Origin: Squalus acanthias
Lineage: Eukaryota
Length of the DNA stretch: 64,000 nucleotides
Reading direction: 5' to 3'
Assembly: GCA_030390025.1 (NCBI GenBank)
Contig: CM059431.1
Coordinates: 115,880,001-115,944,000 of the forward strand
Both the position numbers and the translations under genes were made by a program. Under the pieces are notes generated by a model, which worked only from the letters and a program-made list of their open reading frames with translations, had not been told where the DNA came from and did not search any database. Of the stretch, positions 52,760 to 64,000 are shown in pieces (the first letter of the stretch is position 1; each line of letters begins with the position of its first letter).

Positions 52760-53052
52760 GAAAAAGAAAACTTGCACTTATATAGCGTATTTCACAACCT
52801 CAGGATGTCCCAAAGTGCTTTACAGCCAATGAACTACATTTGAAGTGTAGTCACTGCTGTAATATAGGAAACACGGCAGCCAATTGCGCACAGCAAAGTC
52901 CCACAGACAGCAATGAGATAAATGACCGGATAATTTGTTATTTAGTGATGTTGGTCAAGGGATAAATATTGGCCAGGTCACTGGGCAGAATTCTTCTGCT
53001 CTTCTTCGAAATTGTGCCATGGGATCATTTATGTCCACCTGAGAGGGCAGAC
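52760..53052 (-). mobile_element. Deu-domain SINE 3' part
   Basis: Matches 9650-9930. Confidence 0.8.
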
Positions 53053-53654
53053 AATTGGATTAACCTATAGTTGGTCACCTCTCTCAGGTTATTGGATGGG
53101 ATAAATCCCAAGACAGGACAAATTATACATGGTCTGAGGAGGGAAAAGGCATGATGAGCTGAACTGACTTTTCTTATTCCAAGAATTAACTTCTATTGAA
53201 GTTCTGAACAAAACAATGAAAGACAAAGACAAGTCATCAGAGAACATTTTAACCTTTTTTTGTGTCTAAGGCTGCATCAGGGGAGAAAAAATTAAAACCT
53301 GAGGTAAAGACTTGAATATGCAGTACATATAATCTTTACATGTATATATTTGATGTGCTGTTTTCAGCCCCTTTTACTTTTATGGATCTTACTGATATTT
53401 TTAATCTTGCCGGCTTAGTTCTGTAAAATTTGAGCCTGTTCTATAATGGTACATGCAAATAATAATGGATTGAAAAAATGTTGTTAAAGCTGTTAAATTG
53501 CGTTACCATTATCAAATATGATTAGAAAAAATAGCAATTCATTAGATGAGTAGTCAGTAATAATTACAGCCAAATGGGAGGTATCAGGTAATTACTTGCA
53601 TCTCATCTTCCTTGACATAATGAGGAAAAACAAAGAGCGCTCACCAGTCTGTAT

Positions 53655-54520
53655 GGGCTGAATTTTGCCGGCACACAGAGGGTATGTTCGGAGGTTTTAA
53701 TTTCCCAAGTGCCGGCTCTGCCTGACGGTTCGCAGACCCGGCACTAAGCGGCGGGTCAGGCAATTGAGATACTTAAGAAGCTACTTAAAGATGTGTAAGC
53801 AGCATTTTACCAGGTCCTAAAGATTTTTCCATGTTTTTTACGAGGTTCCCGGCACTCGGGGATCATGTCAGGTAAGTGTGTCGGGTTCTCAATGACTCTG
53901 CATTGCTGTGAATAGTTGACAGCTGCAAAAGTGGTATAAAAGCTACCATTTTACAGCTGTTCAATTCCCAATCTTAGAGGCTGGAGCCTTCAGGGATGGC
54001 CTCACCATGGCCAGATTTACTTCACTTAATGCTGTATACCCTGACTGCCACATGATGCGCCAGGTTGGCACCACCCCACACCAACACCATAAAGCATTCC
54101 TTTCACACCCATCACCATTGTGGGCGGGGGGAGTGCTGTTATGTCTCACCATTCACTGCAACTCACTAAGCCACTTCCAAAGGTGCACACAAATCTGTCC
54201 AAGAAGGCAAAGTGTTGAAAATAAAGATTTCAATGTTTGATAACACATTAACAGAAACTTTTCATGAACATTGGCGATAACACCCAACTGCCTACCCTTG
54301 TGTCTTGTTAGTTGGTATGATTGGACAAGGATAAGGGTGAGTGTGAGGGGTGGCTAGTGAGATGGGGAAGTCGTAATGTAGATAGAAAGGGATGGGTGGA
54401 GGTGTAAGCAAAGTTGGTGTGAGTAAGGATGTGCAGGAGTAGGGTAGGGAAGGCAGAGTGATGGGGATATGATGAGTTGCACAGCAGGATGAGGCCGAGT
54501 GTGGCTTTGCAGTAACGTTA
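53655..54520. mobile_element. Harbinger remnant (left end plus Myb-gene intron-like sequence)
   Basis: Start gggctgaattttgccgg. Organisation parallels 17370-17760, and the GT-rich stretch parallels 20900-21090. Confidence 0.45.
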
Positions 54521-55076
54521 GGTTTTTACGAAAATTCGGCAGTTTTTATGTGAATTGTTTTCTAGTGCTAGCCCACAAATTAAGAGATTTGTGAGTTGTG
54601 TTGAAAAGGGAAGGTGCAGTAGCCGGAGGAGAATATGCGTGGGGCATGGGGCAGATGTTGGCAGGATAGTTAATGCAATGGGCACATATTAAAGTTAAGG
54701 GAAGGCATCCTGTATCCATGGACAAGTGAAGGTCTGTCCGCCTCTGACTCTATAATCTGCTGCAAAGCTACTGGTGGGTGGATGTCGATTGACTCGGACG
54801 CAGCTGGTATCCCTTTTCTGATCTTCCTTTACTTCCTCCGAAACAGTAGAGATATAAAGGAATAAGGGAATGCCCGGTGGCAAAGGTTTTATGGCACAAT
54901 TTCAGCAGAAATCAAAGAAAGGAAGCACCATAGCAATAGCTACAAAGTAATTCAAACGCCTCAGTGGCAATAGGAAAAATAACAAAAGAATGCTCAAGAA
55001 AAAAGTGTCAACAATAGTTGGATAATGTTGCAAACATACCAATGGCCTCGTTAAGCTGATTTGTATATGTAGCACA

Positions 55077-56756
55077 TGTAGAATTCGCAATATGATCGCG
55101 ATTTTATAAATAAGGAGAAAACACACAGTTTCGTTCAAACAGCTTTATTTCAGCAGAATGCTGTCAGGTTTTCAAAGTGGACACAAGCAGCCTGTAAAAT
55201 GGCCGCCACGCCTCGTGGCAGAACATTCTAGACTTTTCGATAAGCAGACAAGATGGCGTTCCAATAAACCTTTGTACGAGATCGATGAAGACTCAGCACA
55301 TTTGAGATAACACACGAGACATCATGGGTTTGCAGTATACACATAAATACTGAAATCGGTCTCCCAGGTGCGAATAAGGGCTATTGTACCAAGTGATCAA
55401 GAACCCATCCAAAGACATTAATATGCAAAATCCCCACGACTCTACGATGAGAGAGCCGTTAGCGGGTAGTTACAGAAAACATTTGGAAGCCCCAAAACCC
55501 CTCCAGGGAGAATACCGACCGATTACACAATGGGAGAAATATTAACAGGTACTCAGACAGTTACGAGTATCCCCGAAACCCATTAAAACGAAGATCACTC
55601 TATACAAGAAATTTGAGCGCCAAACCCTAACAAAAGAAAAGACATTAAGGTTGGGCGGGAAAAGAAGATTTTTTGCACTATAACTGTAAGCTGCAACCGT
55701 CCATTGTTCTCTTGACTCTCGACTCTTGACCGCTCGCCGTCTTGTTCCTGCCTCTTGACTCTTATTCTCCTGCCTCTTGCCGCTTGCCTCGTGTCTCTGC
55801 CTCTTGCAGCTTTAAAGACTGTTGAACTTTACGATCCGCCAGGATCTGCCTCGTGGCTTGCCGCGAAGATCTGTGTGGAACTGGGCTGTGAAGCCTTGGA
55901 ACGGGCACACCATCCCGAGAAGTCGGTAAACGGTGTTGGAACCGAAGGCCCGAGATGAGATGAGATGAGATGAGATGAGATGAGATGATAAGAGAAGAAG
56001 ACGACCATACGTATCGCCACGGTCAGTAAGCCCCGACGGCGCCTGTAGGTCAAAGAGACACTTTTCCTTGCCCAGGAAGACTATTCTTCGAATTTTATCG
56101 CATCCCTGCGAGGGCACAGGAAGACTTTTTTTGAGTAGAGTCGGAACTCCGAGGACAACACAGATCTTCATGACAGCAGACGGTCCAGCCTGCTAGCCGG
56201 AGCAGAAACGAGTAAACAAGTGGGGTACAGAGACCCCTGATCAACACGTGGGTGATCAGGTGCTGCAGTGAAAAACATCCGATCAGAGTTTTCGGAATTC
56301 TCCGAGTTATCACGAGTGGTGAGCATGAGTCTCGATCCTACAAATCCAGTTTAGAGTAGGTATTGATAGGGGAGGGTTTAAGTTTTAAGGATAACTGTAA
56401 TGTGTGCCCCCATTTACGATGTGTCGTTCGTTCCTTGTTTCCCTGAAATTAGTTACATAACTGCGTGTAAGATTGTACTGTCATTAATCTGTGCTTATGA
56501 CATGTATTTCGTAATCTTGAATAATATGCAATAAAGATTTTCCATTTCGCACCATTCAACCGGGTCTACCTGAGTTTTCTCTCCATTATTGCTCTCGCAT
56601 CTAAGTCCAGTGTCAGAACCGTAAGGGCGAGTGGGTCGAACCACTCACAGGTGTCTAGTGCTCCCAGACTGGCTGGAGATCAGAACAGGCAACAAGGCCT
56701 AACCTCGCACTAGCACCCAGGCTGAGCACAGAGCCACACGGGTCAAAACCCTTACA
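55077..56756 (+). mobile_element. Solo LTR, 1680 bp
   Basis: TGTA...TACA termini and CACA TSD (55073-55076, 56757-56760). GC box at ~55653, TATA-like ctataa at ~55678, AATAAA at 56530. No coding remnants. Confidence 0.78.
55952..55988 (+). repeat. (GAGAT)n microsatellite inside the LTR
   Basis: About 7 tandem copies. Confidence 0.95.
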
Positions 56757-58364
56757 CACAGCACTCAGCAAACCTCCACACTCAATTTACACGGGAGGGG
56801 AAAGTAAACAGCGTGAAATGGGCAGAATTGACGGAAAATTAGGTACATGACGCAATCACGTCATTACGCACTAATTTACATGTACTCACTCACAAATGAA
56901 TAGGTTCTTCCTGCATTGATACACATCCTGACCGGAGAATTGAAACAGACAGTGTAATGGACCTCCACCCAGTTTTTGAATTGGAAATTCCAATGTTACG
57001 TTTTTAAGTAGGCAATGCCGATCGGTAAATCTCGGCTAGTGTCTCCATATCATTGTGTCCCCAATGTTTTTCCTTATATTGGAGCAATCCAAAATCTAAT
57101 TTTAGTCTCACCCTCTGAACATTTAGAGACCTGTTTCGAACTAATATCACTTTCATATTGCACAGGTATAAAAATGTTTTCAGTCTATATCTGGTGATGA
57201 AGATTATGATTATGAAGTAGAGTGAGAGACATGTACTGAGCCACAGCACTCTTTCTAATTGACAGTATTCTATGAATAAGACAGCACTGTGTAATCTTCT
57301 TGTCTGGACTTGGGTGCTGAAATGCAATTATCAAGGGATCAAAGATTATTAGGACTCAAATTAAATTGCATTGAAGGAAAGTTCAATGCCAGCTGGATAT
57401 TGTCCTTTAGCTTCAGAAGATTACATTAAAAAAAAATTAAACTCTAAAAATTCATGAAATCTCAAAATTTGGAGTGAAGCTTTCCTGATATTTGTTCTAA
57501 TTGAATCAACATTAGGAGGGAAGGTTTTCTCTGTGAAGTGCGTGCAACAAATCATAAACCCATTTAAAAGGATTGCGTTTACAGTATTGCTATATTTGAC
57601 GAACTAACCAGCACTTACTGACAAGTGTTACTGAGAATTATCCCAAGTGTTTTGTAAATTCACTTTGTCATTTAAAACAGTGATTGTTATTAACATTTTG
57701 AACTGTTAATTTTAGGAATTATTTTAATGTCACAATGATATATAAAAAAAGCACTGTTACTTGGCCAGAGGTTCTAAATTTGAGCTGCCATTCTGAATTT
57801 GTTGAGAAGCACCAGAGAAATTCAGTCTGAATAAGATTAATTATCATTATTTCTTAGGGACTAGAGGAGTTGGGAGTTGTGTTGATGAAAGACAAAGCAT
57901 GAAACATGGAACAGCACTAGTCTGCTTAATCCACAAGTTGAAAGGGGGGCTACTCAGGAGCAATATAACAGCACAAAACTTGAAGTTAATAGATTGGTGA
58001 AAACCGTGTGATACAGAGAGTGCATTTGCACTACAAGTATAGCATCAGTGTGAAACACTTACAGCTTCAAACTGATGCTAAACTTGTGTAACGCAATTGG
58101 ATGTTAAGGTCCAAATTGAGTCCAAAGCAAAGCACAGAGTTAAACTCTCACTGGCACCAAACTCAGCCTGCAACTGCATCATTGATGGAAAGCAAGATGG
58201 ACTAAAAAAATGAATGTGTAAATGCACTACACAAATGAGACTCTAGGGTTGATTTTAACTTCTGGCAGTGGCAGATCGGCCGCCTGTTACACATCCCGTC
58301 TGATCTTCGTTTCCATTGTCGATGCCGAAGTTAACACCTGGTGGTGAGAGAGATATATTTACCC

Positions 58365-58370
<6 letters not shown>

Positions 58371-58401
<31 letters not shown>
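58371..58401 (+). repeat. (GA)n microsatellite
   Basis: Directly visible. Confidence 0.95.
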
Positions 58402-58402
<1 letters not shown>

Positions 58403-60221
58403 AACAAAATCAAGAGAGATGTCGTCAGACAAAAAAAATAAAGATTTGTAGGACGCAAAGTATGAAATAACAAGATTAAGTCAAATGGAACCATTAACTG
58501 TAGGACTGAAAGAGGAAAGGACGTTGTGATTGGGAGGAAGCAATCTTGTGAATGAGTGTAGCGTTAGTAATCTTATATGTCTTTAAGAACTATGTGCTCT
58601 GTATTCTGGCCTTTCAAGTTTGACAACGTTGAACAGTGTATTAGCCCATGTGCAGGAGGTTTGCTGATTCCCACCCTCTGTACAAGATTCCGTTTCGGTT
58701 TTATCCCCATCTAATTAAATAAAGATTGACACAAATACTTTTTCAATCGTTGCCAGAAAACGCAAAGTGAGATCATTACTTCTGTTCTGTGACTCTTGGC
58801 CCAAGTACCTAGCACACAAGTGCATCTACCCGTTATGTAAAAACAGACTGGCATGAAAATTGCAAGCTCAGGCCAGCATGAAAGAACATTTCACATTAGT
58901 GCAGTGGGGACACTCCTCCTACGATGGTATTAAGGCACATTGTTGGGATAGAACAGAGCCATCATTCTGCATTTAAGCTCATGTTATACCTGAACTGAGA
59001 GAACCTGATGCTTTGGTGCCTAGAATGGAAAGTGATCCATTCCCCATCACTAATATCCCTTGCCTTGGTGAGCACAACAAATTCACCAGCCCACCATGCT
59101 CCAACAATACAATTTTAAATCTGCGAATATGAAAAAAAATACTTAATGGACATGACATTTTACAAATTGTGCAGATAGAGAAATGAAAAAAAAAACCTTT
59201 GCTCAATTTAACCTAAGTGGTTGCAGCTGCTGTCATCAAGGGCAGGTTAGTAAAACAGTCTCCTCAACAAATCTAATCTGATCGGATCTCACTCGGCAGA
59301 ACTGCGTTACACCCTGAGAATATCAATGTGTCTTCTCTTTCCACCAGTTCTCAGGCTACCCGTCCATCAGATTGTCCTGACATTAGCTGAACTGTTATCA
59401 TTTAGACAGGAAGTGGATCCTGAGAACTGAGACTGATGAGGCTACCACATGAAAAGGTAATGATAAAACAAACAGGCTCAGCTTTGACTAACACTTAACA
59501 TAACACACAAATGGATTACCTTTCTTGTCCTGTCATATATCTTCATTTATGTGGTTTTTTTACAATTGAGTTAATGCACTTTCAAAGTATCAACACCCTT
59601 AAAGCTATTGTGGCAAAGAATAACATCAGAATCATTACACTTTCTGAAAATACAGAAAAGCTTTTTGCAGCATTTACCGCTGTTTACCGCTTTTGCTGCT
59701 AAATCTGTTAAATAGTGAGTGACATTCACATGGCCCTTTCTGCTAATTCACAGGGTCACTACAATGTGGGTCAAAGGAAAGACCCCAGCCCGTCTTAAAC
59801 ATTTGATATCATTGTCCGAAGCCCCTGTTACAACACATATTGCTTATAGTGGGTCCCATCATAATAGAGAAACCATGTAAACACACCAATGTCATCGCAT
59901 CTATTCCACATAATTCTAAAGCACAGCTTTCTAAAGTGGGTTTAATATTAAATAGCAGGAGGCACTAAAGCTGGTCTCCATTGAAAATCAAGATTTGGGG
60001 CAAAATTCTTACCTGAAGTGAAAAGACAGCCCTCGTCACTATTTCCTGCACACAATTAATCACCTAGTGATAACTAATCGGACAAACAGCATTGAGAAAA
60101 TACATCTAGAGCAAGGCAAGGCACATAATACACAGAAATGATAGAAAATAATACCAGAAATGATGGAATGAAAAGGAAAACCTGAAAGGAGAACTTTGTA
60201 ATGTAAGTATAGATGGATAAT

Positions 60222-60630
60222 ATAAAAAAAGAAAGACTTGCATTTCTATAGCGCCTTTTACGACCACTGGACATTCCAAAGTACTTTATAGTAAATGAAG
60301 TACTTTTTGAAGTGTGGTCACTGTTGTAATATATGCGGCAGCCAATTTGCACACAGCAAGCTCCCACAAACAGCAATGTGATAATGACAATATAATCTGT
60401 TTTTTAGTGATATTGATTGAGGGAAAAATATTGGGCAGGACCACCAGCAATAACTCCCCTGTTCTTCTTCAAAATACTGCCATGGGATCTTTTACATCCA
60501 CTTGAGAGGGCAGGCAGGGCCTCGGTTTAATGTCTCATCTGAAAGACGGCACCTCTGATAGTGCAGCAGTCCCTCAGCACTGCACTAGATTGTCAGCCTA
60601 GATCTTTTGTTCTTAAATGTCTGGAGTGGG
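60222..60630 (-). mobile_element. Deu-domain SINE
   Basis: Matches 9644-10040. Confidence 0.85.
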
Positions 60631-60724
60631 AAAAAGTACATAGGAACTTATCTAAGACTTGTAGGGGATTGCTTCAATTTGGTTAATCAATTACTTACTC
60701 CCTGGCGGAGTTGAAAGAAATAAT

Positions 60725-61448
60725 GGCCCAGATATTCCGATCCCTATGGGTGTGTACGTGCTGTGTACCCACCCATAGGGATATCGGAAATGCCAGTTTC
60801 AGGCATGCAAAGTGCATGCGCTGAAAACCGGCATTTCTGATCTGTCAAGAATGCTCTTGACAGATTGGACGCCTGCCCTGGCGAAGGGCATCTGCGGGCG
60901 GATAGTTCCACTTTTTGGAGACCCTCCGACCGCAGAAAACCCGTAAGGCCTGCTTTTACCAGGATAAGAGTTGAAAAAAGTAAAAAAAAAAATTTCACTG
61001 ATTTATCATTTAAAAATACTTTAAAAAAGGTAAGTTTATTTTTAGCCCCGTAAAAAACTTTAATTATTTTTTTCAAAAAATTAAATTTTTGTTTAAAATA
61101 TTGAATTTATTGTAATTTCAAGTCATTTTAAAAATGTGATTTAAAAAAAAAATGTATTTAAAGTTTTACTATGTTTTTGGGGTGATCTCCATTCATATAT
61201 TTGACAGGTCTTCCTGTCAAGTGTATGAAGGGAGATTCCCTTCTTTGATTGGCTCCCCATGGCCAACGTGATCCCAGGGACGCTGCGAACTACATGCGTC
61301 TCTGGGATACGTGGGCCCTGCGCACTTGGAGTTTGCAGAGGCCCAGGATCGGAAGTGTGTGCGTCCCGCGAGCCCTCAGGTAAGGGTGTAGAATTTCCAG
61401 ATCGCAGGCCTGTGCACGCGGGAGGCCTGCAATCGGAAAATATGGGCC
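60725..61448. mobile_element. Harbinger-type MITE (family B)
   Basis: TIRs ggcccagatattccgat / atcggaaaatatgggcc with AAT TSD. Confidence 0.85.
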
Positions 61449-61469
61449 AATAATTAAAAAAGAGAGACT

Positions 61470-61822
61470 GAATTAACTTGTATTTTTATATCATCTTATC
61501 ATGTCCTCAGGACACCCCAAAGCAGTTAAATGAATCACTTTTGAACTGCAGTCACTGTTATTATGCAGGCAAATGTGACAACCAATTTGTGCACAGGACC
61601 ATTCCATAAACAGAAAATAAGACGAATCACCAGAAGAACTTTCAATTCTTCTTCGGATAGTTTATGTTCACCTGAAGCACCAAAACAAGTAGTTAGGGCC
61701 TTGGTCTCATCCAAAAGATGGCACTTTCTAACAATGCGGCACTCCCTGCTACTGCACTCAAGTATCCAACAAGATGATTTCTTTACATCCTCTAGTTGGG
61801 TTTGAATCCACAATATTCTGAT
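61470..61822 (-). mobile_element. Old Deu-domain SINE
   Basis: Degenerate match to the other copies. Confidence 0.65.
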
Positions 61823-62639
61823 TTAATTTTATGATCTCAGCTTAAGTCTCTCTATCTCTCTCTCTGTAATTTGAATGCTGTCCAGTTTATGCCTATAGCA
61901 AGTTCTCTCTGATTTCCTTTCTTTCCTGCTACCTTCTCTTGTAGCTTATAAATTTAAATTACTGGAGAACTGATGTTACTGGATTAGCTGACATAACTAC
62001 TTCTAAACTTCTCTCTGATATAAATGGAATTTTCCTGGCTTCTTCAAGCATACGTTTTTTCCTCTTCTGAAAGCAACCTTGCTGTGTCTGAACAGAAAGA
62101 AAGGTAAAAGCCAAGATCAAATGGAATTTGACCTGTCAATCACTTCTTCACCAATCCCACTTATCAAAAGGCCTTTAACCCTTGTTGTATCTAATTCAAT
62201 CAGCTGTCATTGTTGATGGCCTGTGTTAAGCCCTACTGTCTACAGAAGCCATCTTTAAAATATTTCCACTTATCACCTACTGTCGACAGTTGTGAACAAG
62301 GTGAAGAGCAAGCTTTTGCTCTGACCTATTATCATCAAAAGGCTTTCTCAGGAACTATACCAATTTAGGTGCTTATTAACTGGGAAATGTTTCCAAGGCT
62401 GAGTGGTCAACCTTGCTTCCTTGGCCAATTGTTCATTTATTGACCCCAGCCTGATCTCCTTTCAGTATCAGCACCTTATAAAACGGAAGCAGTCTTGCAT
62501 TTATAAGAAGCTCAGTAGATTCAAAACATGTTTTGTCTCTATCCTTTGGGTTGCACTCAGCGGGAAAGCTAAATGAGTTGCAGCAAAAATCAGTGTTGTA
62601 ACCTAAATTGTTTCTAATTCATATCAATCACATGGATTC

Positions 62640-62965
62640 AGAACCTCAATGCAAAGTGGTAGAATTTGCAGATGGCATCAAAATAGGAGGGACAGCTGGA
62701 GCTTTGTAGGCAACTTGAAAACTGCAAAATAAATTGGATGAAATGGGCAGTCTAATCACCAGTGAGATTTAATACAGACAAGTGTAAAGTATTGCACACT
62801 GGGGACACAAGTGCCCCATGAATGGTGTCAACATAGCTCAAGATCAAGTTGAATGGGATCTAGGGGTTTTAATAGAGTTGATACTCCACGTGTGCAGTCA
62901 CTGTGGTGAAACATCAACAAAGCAAATAGAATGCTGAAGTATATAACCAAAAAAATAGAGTATAG
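62640..62965 (+). mobile_element. Old CR1 RT fragment
   Basis: EFADGIKIGG...LQNKLD...FNTDKCKVLH...KANRML motifs. Confidence 0.7.
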
Positions 62966-63150
62966 GGGAGAAAAATTGGGTATCGCCCATTTTGGGGCGC
63001 TAATATCGGCCGGGCGCAAAGTTTAGCGCCCGGCTTAATTATCGCCTCCGACTGCAAAATTCACCTCTATCGCCCCTGGAGGTGATTTGAGCGCTAAATC
63101 AGGCGCTACAAACCTCTCTTAAGGCGCAAATTCAGGGAGCGAGACACTAC
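62966..63150. mobile_element. Left part of a family-A-like MITE, cut off by the CR1 5' end
   Basis: ggggagaaaaattgggtatcgcccatttggggcgctaa. Confidence 0.7.
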
Positions 63151-63297
63151 CTCAGAACAAACTGTCACAGGACAGAGAGTGAGGAGACTCAGAACAAACT
63201 GCCACAGGACGGAGAGTGAGGAGACTCAGAACAAACTGCCACAGGACAGAGAGTGAGGAGACTCAGAACAAACTGCCACAGGACAGAGAGTGAGGCG
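63151..63297 (+). repeat. 37-bp tandem repeat (about 4 copies) at the CR1 5' end
   Basis: Unit CTCAGAACAAACTGCCACAGGACAGAGAGTGAGGAGA. Confidence 0.92.
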
Positions 63298-63569
63298 GAC
63301 CTGGGTGGAGCAACAGCGGCGAGGCGGCGGCGGTAAAAGGCGGCAGCGACCAGGTAGGCTTTCACCAAGCCGAGAGCAGGAGAGAGGTAAAAAATAATCG
63401 AAGTGTGACATCACCAGAAAGCAGGTAAGTGATTGGTTGGTGAGTATTTCTCTTTTTTTTTTATACAAAACTTCAATTTTATTGTTTCTCGGGTATCTGT
63501 GATGTAGCAGAGACTGCTGGCATAAATTAACTGAACAGTAAATAATACATTTTTAATTAATTACATAGA

Positions 63570-64000
63570 ATGGGAGAGCAGGTGATGTGTTACTGCTGCA
63601 ATATGTGGGAGCTGGTGGACACCATTGATGTTCACGGTGAACACATTTGCAGTAAGTGTTGGCTGCTCGAGGAACTCCGGCTCCGTGTTGATGAGCTGGA
63701 GTCCGAGCTTCAAACACTGCGACACATCAGGGAGGGGGAGAGTTACCTGGACTCCGTGTTTCAGGAGGTAGTCACACCAATTAGAGTAACTAATTCAGAA
63801 GTAGCCCGTGGTCAGGGACAGGAAGGTGTGACTACGAGTGAGGCAGGTACAGGGATCCAGGAGGTAGTGTTGGAGGAGCCGCAGCCCTTGCTCTTGTCCA
63901 ACAGGTTCGAGGCTCTTACTCCCTGTGTGGATAGGAGCGGGGACTGCAGGGAGGATGAGCAACCTGGCCACAGCACCGTGGTAAGGGGGGCCATTCAAGA
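63570..64000 (+). CDS. CR1 LINE ORF1 N-terminus (zinc finger / leucine zipper), open to the window end
   Basis: MGEQVMCYCCNMWE...HICSKCWLLEELRLRVDELESELQTLRHIREGESYLD...LLLSNRFEAL, with no stops. Confidence 0.85.
   Translation, partial: MGEQVMCYCCNMWELVDTIDVHGEHICSKCWLLEELRLRVDELESELQTLRHIREGESYLDSVFQEVVTPIRVTNSEVARGQGQEGVTTSEAGTGIQEVVLEEPQPLLLSNRFEALTPCVDRSGDCREDEQPGHSTVVRGAIQ

Noticed and set aside
60008..60185. Minus-strand exon (strong CAG|GTAAG donor, tttcag acceptor)
   Set aside because: All three frames contain stops from the good acceptors. At most a non-coding or 33-nt micro-exon, which is unsupported.
63151..63297. CRISPR-like array (37-bp repeats)
   Set aside because: The units are contiguous with no spacers, the context is eukaryotic, and there are no cas genes.

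Overview
Eukaryotic, repeat-dominated DNA, very probably from a cartilaginous fish (shark). The evidence is an HE1-type V-SINE, SacSINE1-type Deu-SINEs, CR1/L2 LINEs and Penelope-like ends. Most ORFs in the supplied track are transposon debris or antisense shadows. Supported content: (1) a full-length, mildly decayed CsRn1-clade Gypsy retrotransposon (12434-16766; 238-bp LTRs, ACAC TSD, tRNA-Trp PBS); (2) several PIF/Harbinger two-gene elements (DDE transposase plus convergent Myb/SANT gene), including a near-complete copy at about 17370-23700 and a transposase-deleted copy at about 1240-5450; (3) many 3-bp-TSD Harbinger-type MITEs; (4) a Neptune-like Penelope element and a 188-bp fold-back derivative, both carrying minimal hammerhead ribozyme motifs; (5) a 1.68-kb solo LTR; (6) a possible decayed envelope-like coding remnant at about 49.3-51.2 kb; (7) one good candidate host exon on the minus strand (6419-6605), suggesting the window is largely intronic. 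No intact host gene can be named. I cannot claim a confirmed new biological system. The best leads are the hammerhead-centred mini-element, the long solo LTR with a Pol III-like cassette, and the env-like remnant.
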